Assembly: GCF_018977255.1 (NCBI RefSeq)
Contig: NW_024704743.1
Coordinates: 14,510,001 to 14,574,000, forward strand
DNA: 64,000 bases
Reading direction: 5' to 3'
Source: Callorhinchus milii
Taxonomy: Eukaryota
Shown here: positions 27,081 to 40,686 of the stretch, piece after piece
Position numbering within the stretch: position 1 is the stretch's first letter
How the letters are laid out: each line of letters starts with the position of its first letter
Notes under the pieces: model-generated
The model's input: the letters and a program-made list of their open reading frames with translations, nothing else
Database searches by the model: none
What the model was told of the DNA's origin: nothing
Made by a program: the position numbers and the translations under genes

Positions 27081-30000
27081 TTTCATACAGCACAGAATCA
27101 GGATCATGGTCCAACTAGTCCATGCTAGAAGAGTAGTCGGTCCATGAAACAATGCAGAGGGGCATGATTCAAGTGCATTTGGGATATTCTCCAGATGTGA
27201 AAAGCGCTATATAAACGTAATTCTGTTGAGTATTTTTGTAATCTGAGACAACAACAGAACAGACCTATGTTAATGAGGCATCAAGTGCCTCGATGCCATA
27301 ATAGACCATGGCATCACATCAACTTCATCAAAACAATTGAATATTTATGTTGCTGATGCATGTGTGTTGATCAGCACTGGAATAAACTGGCACGGTGGGT
27401 ATTGACCAAAGAAAATATAATGATTAGCCTGGGTACAACAACAAACCACAGCAAATTACATTTGTATAGTGCCTTTCACGTCGGGGAGACATCTCAAGGC
27501 ACTGAACAGTTAAGGAACCAGCAAAAGTGCAACACTTTACATTGATATTGATCGTTGCCTTCGGTTCCAAAACTACAAAGAACATTTGCTGGTCGCATGT
27601 TGGTGAGGCATGAGCATAAGAGCTTAACTGACTGACAGGAGAGTAAGTTAATATTAGATTATTATCCTTGATGGGGATGAGATATTGTCCTTTTGGTTGT
27701 ATGTAACTTGCCTCACCGAGATGCTTGGTGTTGATTCAAATCCTGGACCTAATTTCAACAACTTATTGTTTTCAATTGTTTCATTAGAAACCCAAGGCTC
27801 AGTTATTGGCATATAGAGGGAAAGTCATTTAGAGGGTCAATCTTCCATAAATTGGTTACAACACTCCCATATATAAAAAGGTTGAGGCATAGGTCATGCT
27901 CCATGAGGAGGGTGAAAATCTGAAGCCTGGTGGAGGCATGGGCTGCAAGAAGATCTTTGACACAACTAGAGCACTATTTAAAGAAATAATACAATTCTCT
28001 AATAACAAAGATCTGTGTTAAATAGAGACAAAGACTGGAGTCTCAGAAGGATTTCTCAAACATAAGAAGTCAAGTTAAGCAGTTCTTGATGTCTTAGTGG
28101 ATAATATTCCATCCAGTGTGGCATTGAGCCAAAAAGATCACCTCTGTTCAATTTTTAGTTAATGATGAGTTAGTAAATCTCAGGAGGATAATATAATAAG
28201 TTTCAATGCTGCTACACCAGAGAGAGGTGAAGAGTTTTAGAGTTTTGTGGGAACTCCACCTCACCATCCAGTGACCTCACTGTAAAGGTAAATATGAGGT
28301 GAGGATAGTACTGTGCTTTATGTTGCCTCCTGCTAACTACAAAGACTCACTGGCTAGGCTAATGAAGAAAATTGCCACTTGGCTGAGTTACTTGAGGTCT
28401 GCCAGCACGAGAGAGCCGCTTCAGCAGAGAAGGGAAGAAAAGAGAAGAAAAATAAGCACTAAAGGCAAATCGGGCTGAAACCCATGAAAACTCTCCAAGA
28501 GGGGGCAATGGTACGACACTGCAAACAGAGATGGAAGAAAACAACTTGGAAACTTGACCCCAGGACGTGATACTTCTATGACCAATATGTGAAAATTGTA
28601 AGGATTATAAGATTATTTCCTGATGAATGGGCCAATCCAGAGACATGGGGTATTGACAGAGGAGGAAGAATTCAAGTTTTCATCTACCTCAGTAGCAAGC
28701 ATAGCAAAAGGAAGTTTAAAAATCAAAGGACCTAAGATTTAACTAAATTTAATGAAACAACTTTAGACTTTTAGAGAACATCAAACTTAATTTGTTTGTT
28801 ATTCATTTTTGGATTCAAACACAGGAGGCAATTGATGGAATGTAAACACTTCTGGACTTCAGGCTCAACCGTTTCTGTATTTTGTTTTTGTCCATACACT
28901 ACCCCAAGAATACAGCTTTTAAAAAAAAAAGCATTATGGTGTAAATTATGCACCAGAATTTAGCAGCACATTATAAAATATACAAATGTAATCTTTTTGT
29001 TGTTGTAGAGCAGCAACACACCTTTCTGTGCATTTAACTCAGACTTAGCTATCCAGCAGTTAACACTGAAAACAAAGTACATCTCTTAGCACCCTTCAAA
29101 GAGAAGCACAGGCTACAGGCAGTTTGGAGGTATTCCTCCAACAAGCATAATGTATCCATCCTTTGTGGATAAAAGAATAAAGAAGAATAAATCATAGTAC
29201 AGGGTTAGGATTATTAGGTTCTATAGGAGATCTCTTTGAAAACTATTCTTCCTAGCTTCTCTCGCCAACTCTCCAAACACAGAAAGTAAGAATGAGGTCT
29301 AAAGCATGGCATTTGCAACAGGATTCATAAACACTGAATCCTGTCGGTAACTGTGTGCGTGTTGCAGCAACGTAGATATCGATCTTCAGAGCTGAGTTCC
29401 TGTGGTAATCACGTTACCCTTACAAGTAAGATTCAGGGCATCAGGATTCCCTAACAGCTTAGAAAGTACTGCTCAGCTCCAAATAACAAACTTCTAAATG
29501 ATCATTAGATATAACCAATTGGGTCACTCTGAAATGTCATGTAACATTAGAAAAGCTTAAAAATGTATTATGAGTGGATGCGTCCTTGGATGGATCACAG
29601 TGAACTTTTTGTTTACAGTAGAACGTTTCAAAAGTAGTTGCAACAATTTCTAACATGAGAATCTCTGCTCCCATTGCAAAAAAAATTAAATCATAATCAC
29701 ACAAATTGCATTAACATTATGAAGATCAACAATATTACCGTTCCAAAATATTTACCCATTATATAAAAATACTGATCTACTCAACATTCATATTAAATAT
29801 CTTTCATTTTCTGTTTATATATGGGGGGATTCATATTTAGCTGACATCTAATGATGAATGGCTAGAGAGCCAGCCAGGGTTCAAAATCCGGCATTTGCAT
29901 GTGCCTGAATCTATTAATTTGATTCACAGCTGGTTTAAAACTGGCAGCAAAAGGTGTTTCATTTTGCTGTACACTAATAGGGAAGTAAACAGATTTGCGT

Positions 30001-30159
30001 TTTTCAAAGTGTTTTAATTCAATACAACTGCAAATTCTGTACAAAAATGAACTAGCAGTTGCTTTGGGAACAAGTACTGTTATAAATACTGAAAACTGCA
30101 TTCATTAGATCAAAATATCCAGAGAAGAGACGACTCACATGGTAGAAATGTGACCTTTA

Positions 30160-30661
30160 TCCATGAGGTCAAATAGTTTTATTGTGATTAAACACTACAA
30201 TACAGTATATATCCATAAAAAACTCTATAGTGTATATAAATTATTCCTTCCATACAGCAATTCTTTCCAGTTCACCTTTGGTACAATGTGTATTTATTAT
30301 AATAATTGTAATACTTTTCAGCTTCACAAACTCAACACAAAGTACAAAACTAATCAGTATCGGGGTATTACAATCTACACAGTGGTGCTCAGTGGTAGGG
30401 AGAGGTCTTACCTCAGAGAATCCATGTCAACTAGCTTAGCTACAAAGGCATCCCTTGCAGAGACATGACTAAAATGCACCAGTAACCAGCAAACTTTTTT
30501 TTAAAAATTTTATTTTTTTAAACAGAATATCAGCAGTGATCAACTGAGAACTTAACACTTTATTTTCTCAACCGACTTTCTCTTTCCTTTTTTTTTTGAA
30601 GGCCATAGTTAATATGTCCAGTAATATGTCTCAATACCACTTTCTTACTACAGAACCAGTG
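30160..30661 (-). other. ARPP21: Probable proximal ARPP21 3' UTR
   Basis: Repeat-free AU-rich sequence after the stop codon, ending near an AATAAA at 30183-30178. The end point is inferred. Confidence 0.6.
30178..30183 (-). terminator. Candidate polyadenylation signal AATAAA
   Basis: The plus strand reads TTTATT. On the minus strand there are TGTA motifs upstream and a U/GU-rich tract downstream. Other AATAAA hexamers also occur in the UTR (for example 30293-30298 and 30559-30564). Confidence 0.5.
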
Positions 30662-30919
<258 letters not shown>

Positions 30920-31499
30920 CTATGAAAGTATTAAAAATGAAAACAGGGCATCTTAAATAACATTAACGCACAATCCATACACAGTCACATGAAACCGTTC
31001 AGCATTTCAACATATATCAGCCTTTTCAATAATGTCATTAATCCTTTCTTAATCAATAGAGAAATAGATTCGGTTTCTATTGCCAATCAAAACAGAATCC
31101 CAATCTCTTTTGAGGCAAACCTTTACTACTGTTTCTCTCTCTCTCTCTCTGACTTTCTAACATTCACTCTCTTTCTCTCCATGACTTTTTCTCTGGCTAA
31201 CCCTACACAGCACAAAAATATCACCACTTTCCTTTGTATTACCTGACAAAATTGTATACATGCTGGGATGCAAATTACTCAAAACTGCACTGTGTGAATT
31301 TGCTCGATTACTAGGCACACAAGTACAAAATTATAAAATACAAAATTACATTTGTATAGCACCTTTCATATCAGAAGGACATCCCAAGGCGCTGGACAGT
31401 CAAGGATTTGGACCCAAGCTGGTAAATTGTGTTCTGAGTAAGTTAGCAACTGCATATATGGATACACAACTGAATGACCAATTCTAATCACGTTGAGAT

Positions 31500-33137
31500 T
31501 ACAACACATTCCATTTGTATAGTGCCTTTCACATCAGGCAGACGTCCCAAGGAGCTGGACAGACAGTCAGGAAAGCATAACCGAGCTGGTGGTTGGGATC
31601 AGGAGGGGTGAAGGGTAGGGATGGTAGGGGCAGGAGGGTGACTGAACGCACGGTCAAAGAGCAGGGTCTTGAGACGGGGCTTGAAGCAGGCAAAGGAGGG
31701 GGTGAGGCGGAGGGTCTGTGGGATAGAGTTCCAGAGGGTAGGGGCAAAGAGGCTGAAGGCCTACCTACTAATGGTGGGGCGGGCAAGATGGGGGATGCGA
31801 ATTAGCCTGGAGCCTGCTGAGCGGAGGGAACTGACAGGTTGGTAGGGGATTTGGAGGTCACAGAGGTGGGGAGGTGCAAGATCTTGGAGGGCTTTGAAGG
31901 TGAGGACCAGCATCTTGAACTGTATTCTCTGTGTGATGGGAAGCCAGTGGAATTAGGCGAGGATGGGTTGATAGGGTCACGAAGCCTGGTGCGGGAGAGG
32001 ACATGGACTGCAGAGTTCTGGATGATCTGCAGCCTGTGGAGGAAGGAGTTGGGGAGGCCAACAAGCAGTGAGTTTGCGAAGTCGAGCCTTGGATGTGATG
32101 AATGGATGGATGATGGTCTTGGCAGCCTGTGGTGAGAAACAGTGGCAGAGCCGAGCAATGTTGTGGAGGTGGGGAAATGCGGAGCAGGTCATGGCATGGA
32201 TGTGGGGGATGAAGGGCAGTTGAGAGTCGAACATTTATATATGACGGGAGCCAGGCAGGAGTACCTCAGTCTTGTTGACATTCCACTGGAGGAAATTTGC
32301 TCCCATCCAGGACTTGATGTCTGACAGGCATCAAGAGGACAGCAGTGGTCCTGGAGTCAAGGGTGGAGGCAGAGAGGTAGAGTTGGGCGTCATCCGCATA
32401 CATGTGGAAGTTGACCCCATGTCTGCGGATGATGGTATCAACGGGGAGCATGTAAATGTTGAAAAAGAGAGGACCAAGGACAGAGTCCTGAGGAATGCTG
32501 CCCGAGATGGTGTGGGGGCTAGAGGAGAAATGTTGAAAAAGAGAGGACCAAGGACAGAGCCCTGAGGGATGCCACATATGACGGTGCAGGGGCTGGGGAT
32601 GCCATTAGTGGATATGATGAGAGAGATAGGATCACGATGAGAGAGGTAGAATTCGAATCAGGCAAGAGCAGGTCCGTGAAAGTTGAGCTGAGAGGAGAAG
32701 CGGTGGAGGAGGATAGAATGGTCAACAGTGTCGAAGGCAGCAGAGAGGTCAAGGAGGTCAAGGAGGGAGAGAGAGCCATGGTCGCAGATGGATAGAATGT
32801 CATTAGTAACTTTGACCAGGTCTGTTTCCATGCTGTAGGCAACATGGAAACCCGATTGGAGGGGATCATAGAGGGAATGGCGGGAGAAGAAAGAGCAAAG
32901 CTGGGATGTGGCGACTCGTTCCTGGGCCTTGGAGAGGAAAGAGAGGTTGGAGATTGGGCAATAGCTGGAGAGTAGTGATGGATCCAGGGATGGTTTTCTG
33001 AGGATAGGGGTGATGACTGCTGTTTTAAGAGGGGTGGGAACAGTGCCAGTGGATAAGGAGAGGTTAAAAGAGGGGCTAGATGGTGGAGCTGGGAGGTAAG
33101 GGGGATGTGGTTGGGGGAGCAGGTGGTGGGCTTCATT
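31500..33137 (-). mobile_element. Decayed L2 LINE in the last ARPP21 intron
   Basis: ORFs 32266..32577 (HMYADD) and 32658..33176 (LDLSAAFDTVDH). Confidence 0.92.
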
Positions 33138-33157
33138 TTTGAGATAGTAGAGGTTTA

Positions 33158-34945
33158 CAACAACAACAAATTGCATTTATATAGCGCCTTTCATGATGGG
33201 AGGACATCCCAAGGCGCTGGAGGGGGAAGGGTTTGCACCTGAATTGGGGGTTGGAATTAAGAGGGATGGAGGGCAGAGGGGGAGGGGTTGGAAAGGTGAC
33301 CGAAGGCATGGTCAAAATAAAAGGTCTTGAAACAGGCCTTGAAGGAGGTGAAGGAAGGGATGACGTGAAGGTGGTCCTGGGTGTGGGAGAAGAAAGACTG
33401 TAGACCTGACTACCGATGGTGGAACGTGCAGGGCAGGAGATATGGAGCAGGCGAATGCCCCCGGAATGAGCGAAAGGAGCGGACGGGTTGATAAAGGTTT
33501 AGTAGGTCTTTGAAGTAGGGAGGATGAGGATCTGGAATTCTGTCCTCTGGGGTATGGGGAACCAGTGAAGCCAGGTGAGAATAGGGGTGATCGGGTCACG
33601 GAGCTTAGTGCGGGAGAGGACATGAGCTGCAGCGTTCTGAATAATCTGCAGCTTGTGTAGGAAAGAGTTGGAAAGTCCGATGAGCAGGGAGTTTGTGTAG
33701 TCAAGCCTAGACCTAAGGAAGACCTGGATGAAAATCTCATCGAGGCGAGCAAAGTTGTGGAGGTGGAGTCCTGTAGCTCAGTGGTTAGAGCACTGGCCTC
33801 ACAAGCGATAGACCTGGGTTCAATACCCAGCAAGACAAAATGTTGGGAAAGTTTCCTTACTCCACATGCCTCTGTTTACCCAGCAGTAAGTAGAACCCGC
33901 TTGTTAGTTGATTGGCTGATCACTTTTCCGGGGATAATAATTCCTTCAAAAAATAAATAAATAATCAATTGGTCACTTCAATCATGATGGTTTGCGGGAC
34001 ACTGCTGTGGGTAATTGGCTGCCGCGTTTTGCCCACAAGATATAGTCAATCCACTTTACAGTATATTCTATGAAGCATTTTAAGACATGATAAGGTGCTA
34101 TATCAAATGCAAGGATTATTATTCATAGATGGGGTTTAAAAGGCAGTTGAAGGTCGAACAAGACACCAAGGGTCCGTATTGGTTCAGTGAGGTGGAGATT
34201 GCATCCGTAAATAGTGATGCTGTGAGCGCCTGAGGTGAGGAGCCAGGCAGGAGGGCCTCAGTCTTGTCGATATTTAACTGGCTGTCATCCAGGACCTTGG
34301 CAGGCATTCTGTTAGGACAGCAGTGGTCCTGGAGTCGAGGATGGAAGCAGAGAAATAGAGTTGAGTATTATTCGCACATATGTGGAAGTTGCCTGCAGTT
34401 GATATCCCTGAGTGGGAGCATGTATATATTAAAAAGGATAGGACTGAGTCCTGGGGAATGCTGAATGCAATGATGCGAGGACTGGAGGAGAAGCTATTGG
34501 TACATACAAAGTGGAGACAAGGCGAAGGGTAAGACCGAAACCAGGCAAGCACAAAGCAATCAAGGTGGAACTGAGAGGAGAGGCGATGGAGAAGAATAGA
34601 GTGGTCGACAGTGTCAAAGGTGGCGAAGAGATTGAGAAGGATGAGGAGACAGAGAACGCCCTGGTTACAAATGGCCAGAATATAATTTGTAACTTTGACT
34701 AAGGCTGTCTTTGTTCTATGGACAGGATGGAAACCAGATTGGAGAGGTTCTTAAGAGAATGGGGAGAGAGGAAACAGCAAAGCTAGGAAGCAATGGCTCC
34801 TTCCAGGACCTTGGAAAGAAAGGGAAGGCTAGAGATGGGACTGTAGTTTGAGAAGAAAGATGGGTCAAGGGAAGGTATTTTGAAGGTGGGGGTAATAATG
34901 GCTGTTTTTAAGATGAAGGCAACAGTGCTAGTTGACAGAGAGAAC
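33158..34945 (-). mobile_element. Older L2 LINE interrupted by a SINE
   Basis: L2 tail at 33158; RT remnants to ~34945. Confidence 0.85.
33765..34123 (+). mobile_element. Full-length tRNA-derived SINE (long variant)
   Basis: GGAGTCCTGTAGCTCAGTGGTTAGAGCAC..GGTTCAATACC head; central TGGGAAAGTTTCCTTACTCCAC..GTTTACCCAGCAGTAAG; L2-like tail. Confidence 0.92.
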
Positions 34946-36936
34946 TTCCCAATGCCAATCACAACTAGTAAGAATAGAGTGGGGAAGGCTACCCTCCTCT
35001 CAAGATGCGCTTTGGGATGTCCTCCCGATGTGAAAGGAGCTATATAGGTATAAACTGTATTTATGGTACTACTGTGGGCCATGTAAATGAGGACTCCTTC
35101 TGGTATCCAGAAGCATATCACAACAACTCAGAGAAACCATTCCGTTGCTTAAACATCACAGGAACCGCAGACCCTTTTGTGTGATTTCATGCTCATAAGT
35201 CGTGATTTTGGAACATTTTTACAAGGTATTATACAAGATAGAAATGGAGCTGCGGGACACTGAAAAGTAATCAAGCTTAGAAAAACAGATCTACACATAT
35301 TCGATACTCTGCCCATGTACAACAGAGAATATCTTGCTCTGTTCTGTAAGTAGATTGCATCACAGTGAAGTTCTAATGGGTCAGTATAATGTAGTTCTCA
35401 TTACGAGAAGAGAAATCCTCAATTACATGACTTGGATTCCTTAAAAAGAACTGGAAATATTTCTTCAATCAACATGAAGGCAAAGACGCGACATATTGCA
35501 CCTTAGTAACACTGTTGAACTGTGCTCCAAAATTTCTATTGATCTGTGGAATCCGACAAGATCTAGTGCATGGACCAGGATTATTTCTGATCTTGGCTGT
35601 TCAATTGTGAGCTAGTCATATTTACCTAGGAACATAAGAACAGGAGGAGGCTGTTCAGCCTTTCAAGCCTGTTCCGCCATTTAACTAGATGATGGCTGAT
35701 CTGTAACCTCAACTAATCCTAACACTATTTTCAGACAGAGAATGCAGCAAAAAATTTGCAGAAAGATCTAGTTTGGTTATGCAACTGGGCATGCACATGA
35801 CAAATGAAATTTAAAACTGAATAAATAAATTAAATTAGAGCATTAAACTTTGAAAGTGACTTAGAAATAATAATGAACACGTCAGATTCAATGCCCAGAT
35901 AGGCTGAACGATAGATTACGAATCTACACTAGTTATGCTGGATCTTTACAGTCTAGTAAGCAGCTGTTGAGAAAAGGCAAAGCAATTCTATTACTTTAGG
36001 TGAACAAAGAAAATAGGACCAGAGAACATGAATGAAAATTAGTGAATATAAATATATCAGGAAAATATTCTTTACTCTTGTCAAAAATGCTTTGAATAAT
36101 CCAATAAGCAAATTAACAGATTCAAAAACCTCAAGGTTATTCAAAATACAATTAGATGTCATGATGGGAATAGTTAATGTACTGGAGGGATGAAAATTGG
36201 AAGGCTAATTGGTGGCTTTTCACATTCTTATATTTTTATGTTCTAATATAGAAATGTGAAAACCGCAGAAGCAATTGAAACAAAGGCAGGATTTTTTAGT
36301 GTTTGGAAGAAGAAATCAAAGATCAACCATCAAATTGAACCTTTTTATGTTTACTAGAAAGCTAGACTGCTGTTTTGCCCTGAGATTTATCTTTGTCAAC
36401 TGGGCATACTACAAGCCTTTGGCAGATAGCCAGCACATTATTGCTTCATCTTTCACATACAGCAAGGCCACTGTTGCTCACTTAAGCTTCCCAGCAGTGC
36501 ATTCTGAGTTGATCAGAATGGCTAGATATGTGCTCTCTCTCCCTTCTCTCTATGATTGATGGATTAAATACTAATCATTACACAAAGTGGTTGGAGTGGA
36601 ATTTACCAGGTCATATTATTCTTCACTTCTGTTAGCTTTGCTAGTTGTAGTTCATCTTCACAGAATTTAAATCTATAAAACATTACATTTTGCTGTATTA
36701 ATGGAATAATTTGAAGTGATTGGGAATAGAAGTTTCTCTTACTCTCTAAGCAGAGGTGGATTATTGTACTCTATTGATAGTTTTGCTTCTTGTAGTTTAC
36801 CTTCATACAATTAATCTATAAAACTGCATTTTCCTGTTTTAATGCAGTAATTTTCCCCATAGCTTTCAGAACTCTCTAAACAGCTTCAGATTGATAGAGT
36901 AAAGGCTAGACATGAGGGCTTCACATAACAACCTAC

Positions 36937-37088
36937 TTGATAAGACGACATGGCTGGATATTGGACCATCACACCTTGAACCTGATTTCCCTGCTGATTG
37001 TTCAACAGATTCTGATTCTGGGGCGACTGTTGCACTCCCATTAGGCCTTGGAATCCTTGCTGCTGAGTAGGCAAGACAGGCTGAAATC
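36937..37088 (-). CDS. ARPP21: ARPP21 penultimate coding exon (G)FQPVLPTQQQGFQGLMGVQQSPQNQNLLNNQQGNQVQGVMVQYPAMSSYQ
   Basis: Lies within ORF 36886..37119. Acceptor ttctgcttccAG, donor GTAGGT. 152 nt = 2 + 50 codons. Q-rich sequence matching the ARPP21 C-terminal region. Confidence 0.94.
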
Positions 37089-38219
37089 CTGGAAGCAGAA
37101 AGAGTTTGGCAAACAACATGCTTTAATCAAGTCAATCTCACCTTCAAATGCACATTAGAAGGTCGATATTATACTCGTACATAATCTGTGATTTTGCCTG
37201 ACAGAAGAAACGATTTGACTGGCGTACAAAAAGGCAGCTACAGTAGTAATCAAGCTGTCTGCTGCTGAGGATTACAGCAATTAAAACAATGATGGTATGT
37301 TTAAGATGCTTCAAACTCAGGGTCTCTTCCAAAGAGCATCACAAGCAAACACGTGCACCCCCAATTAACCCATTAGTATCTGGTGGAAGATTTGTCTGAA
37401 TTTGAGGGAAGCTGCCCAAGCAATTCAGTTCTGACATATCAATTTCCACTGTATAATAATAATCCTTGATTTGTCATAGCGCCTTATCACGTCTCCGAGA
37501 CGTCTGAAAGCGCTTCACAAAATATATTGTAAATTTTATGGGCAAAATGTGGCAGCCAATTGCGCACAGGAGTGTCCTACAGTCGTGGATTGAGTGACCA
37601 AATTATTTTTTTTTGAAGGAATTATTATCCACGAAAAAGCGATCCGCCAATCGACTAATGATCGGGTTCCTACTTACGTGTGGAGTAAGGAAACATGCCC
37701 AATGTTAAATACTCTTTATTGTCAATTACCATGTCTGTTCAGGCGGATGTTAAAGGTCCCATGCCCCTTTCTAAAAGACAAGGGAGTTTCTACCGGTGTC
37801 TTGGACAACAATCTTCTAGAGAAAATTGGTCATTTACTTCATGGCTGTTTGTGGGACACTGCTCTGTGCAAATTCTCTGCTGTATTTTGTGACAAATAAG
37901 CAGTCACTACAGTTTATAATAATTCCTGTGGAACACTTTGAGACAATGTAAGAAGGAGCCTCATCAAATGCAAGAATTTTTAAAAATTATTATCCCAAAC
38001 ATTGATCAATGTCCCACAACTTTCCCTCAATAACTACAAACTTTCCCCAATACTCACTACCTCCCCTCAATACCAACAAACTTCCCCCAATATCCACAAT
38101 CTTCCCCCAAATACTATGAAACATCAGCACCATCATGAAAAGCATACGTTAAAAATATGCTTGTCATGGTTTAGCAATAAACAGTTCTGGACCCAGTTAA
38201 GGAACTTCATTTTCAAATT

Positions 38220-38965
38220 TTTTACATTGGAAGGACATCACAAGCGCTGGACAGTTGAGGGTTTGCACCTGAGCTGGGAGCCAAGAGAGGTGAGGGTAAG
38301 GGAAGAAGATGACCCAAAGCACGGTCAAAGAGGAGGATTTTGAGACAGACCTCGAAGCAGGTGAGTGTCGGGATGAAGCGAAGGGTTCTCCAGGATGGCG
38401 CTCCAGAGAGTGGGGGCAGATTCGCCAGTGAAACAGGCCAGTGCCTGCAGAATGGAGGAAGTGGGCAGGTTTGTAGTGTTTTAGAAGTTCTCAGAGGTAA
38501 CATGGAGCAAGATTGTGGAGGTATTTAAAAGCGAGGACCTTAAACTCAATCCTCTGGGGGAAGAAAAGCAAGGAAGATGGTGATAGGCTTGTGGAGCCTT
38601 GTGCAGAAGAGGAATGAGCTGCAGAGTTCTGGATAGAGTGGAGGAAGAGTTGAAAAGTCCAGCGAATAAAGAGTTGGTGGTGTAGTCAAGCTTGGATGTG
38701 ATGAGTGCTTGGATAAGTGTCTCAATAGCCTGAGGGGAAAGATAGTGGTGGAAGGAAGGGCAATGTTGCAGAGGTGGGGAATGCTCAACTGGACAGACCA
38801 GCAGTGTCCTACAGTCGGACATACCACAGATGTGGGATTCAAAGGATAGTTGAGAGTCAAACAAAACACAGATATTCCTTGCTCGTTCTGTGAGGTGAAA
38901 TGTGCATCCGTGCAGGTTGGTACTGTCAGTGCCTGAGGTGAGAAAGGCATTGATAGGAACCAATT
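38220..38965 (-). mobile_element. Old L2 fragment
   Basis: ORF 38481..38963 'PQAIETLIQALITSKLDY'. Confidence 0.8.
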
Positions 38966-40192
38966 TACACGTATATTCCTAGTGCATTGAATAGGTTTTT
39001 GCTTTCTTATGTTGAATAAAAGCCTTAACAAAAGAGAATTAATTAGATACACAGCAATTGAATGTCTACATAAGATATCATGCAGCATATGTTCTACAAA
39101 CGTTCATTCATGAAGAATTGCGTGCCTGCAGTATCTGAAAATATTTTCATGCTCTACATGCTGGTAAATGAAAATATTTATTCTATAACATTTATTTAAT
39201 CAAAACTGGGTAACCTATGATTCCTTTTTTCAAATTTTTACATGTGTCAAAGATGTAGAATATTAATAATAATTCTTGCTTTTGATGTAGCGCCTTATTA
39301 CGTCATTTAGATGTCTCAAAGTACTTCATGGAACATATTGTAAAGTGAAATGGCCAAAAATAATAGGAATAATAAGAGAACAATGCTGGTTTTTGAATCT
39401 ACCCAGCTGAGAAATACCATTTTCCATTACATTTGCTCCCAGGAAACATTTGATGGGAAGTGAGGAAAAACATGAATTCTAAGTGCATTTAATGTTTCAG
39501 TATTTGATAAGAAAGAAAATCACACTTCTTCCAAAGAAGCAGCCCCATCATTCATTTCAATTTCAAATTACTTCAAGTAGAACTTATAAAAGGTTATTAA
39601 ATGTCTCTTGAGAAGAGGTCTAAATGGGGGTTATTTCTAATGGATTTAATGAGCTGCTGTGTTACTAAAAGCTGCAGGGCTTTGCTTTACCACTATCATT
39701 TAATTCTACCAGTCAGTGTGCACATTTCCCCACAGGAGAGACATTTTTATACAAGTTCAAGAAGCATCCTGGATTCCTGAAGGTTATATCAGAACACTGA
39801 ATTCAAATGTAGACCTTGTAATAATAAAAGGTGTAGAGACTGGCCTGACAGTCACCGTTTCTAAGGGTCCCTCTTAAACTCAAGCCGGTTTGTCCTTTGA
39901 TTCACATGTCACGCTCTTCGTGGATGAATTCTACACGTACCCTTTTAGTAGGGTAGATGACAATTACTTGAATAAGAAGAATATAGTAAACCTCACCTAA
40001 GTTGAATCAGTTGGGACAAAACATTTAATACGACTCATGCAATGTATGAGTTATGTCAAACTTATATGACTAATGTCAAGTTATGTATAAGTTGGATTTT
40101 ATATGAGTAACCCATAATAAATACAGTACACAAGTACTGAACTGGCTGGTGACATTCAGGCATTCTGTACTATGTTTAACCCATGCATAATG

Positions 40193-40686
40193 ACAACAAC
40201 ATTACATATGTAAAATACATTTCACGTCGAGAGGACGTCTCAAGGCGCTGGACACACAGAGTTACAGACCTGAGCTGGGGGTTCGGGGGGGGGGGGGGGG
40301 GGAGATCAGGGGGGCAAGCAGGGAGATCGAAAGCACAGTCGAAGAGAACGGTCTTGAGATGGGTCTTGAAGGTGGCGAGGGAGGGGGCGAGACGGAGGGA
40401 CTGCAGGATGGAGTTCCAGAGGGTAGGGGCAGAGTGGCGGAAGGCCCGCCCGCCAATAGTGGGGCGAGCAAGGCGGGCACCGTGAAACAGACCAGAGCCC
40501 ACTGAGCAGAGGGAGCGAGCAGGATGATAGAGGGTTAGGAGGCCGCAGTTGTAGAGGGGAGCAAGACCATGGAGTGCTTTGAAGGAGAGGACCAGGATCT
40601 TGAACTGTATCCTCCGTGTAATGGGAAGCCAGTGGAGTTAGGCAAGGATGGGGGTAATAGGATCGTGGAGCCTAGTGCGGGAGAGG
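40193..40686 (-). mobile_element. L2 3' fragment, close relative of 12983-13586
   Basis: ORF 40176..40502 'PTIGGRAFRHSAPTLWNS'. Confidence 0.9.

Noticed and set aside
841..30000. A second protein-coding gene downstream of ARPP21
   Set aside because: I could not identify any non-repeat ORF with a recognisable protein or convincing splice sites; small exons could have been missed.
33765..33836. tRNA gene
   Set aside because: The tRNA-like head runs into a SINE body and tail and recurs in diverged copies; there is no Pol III terminator directly after it.
35360..35369. Intronic miR-128 match TCACAGTGAA as a second miRNA or a target
   Set aside because: No hairpin, and it is intronic; likely chance.
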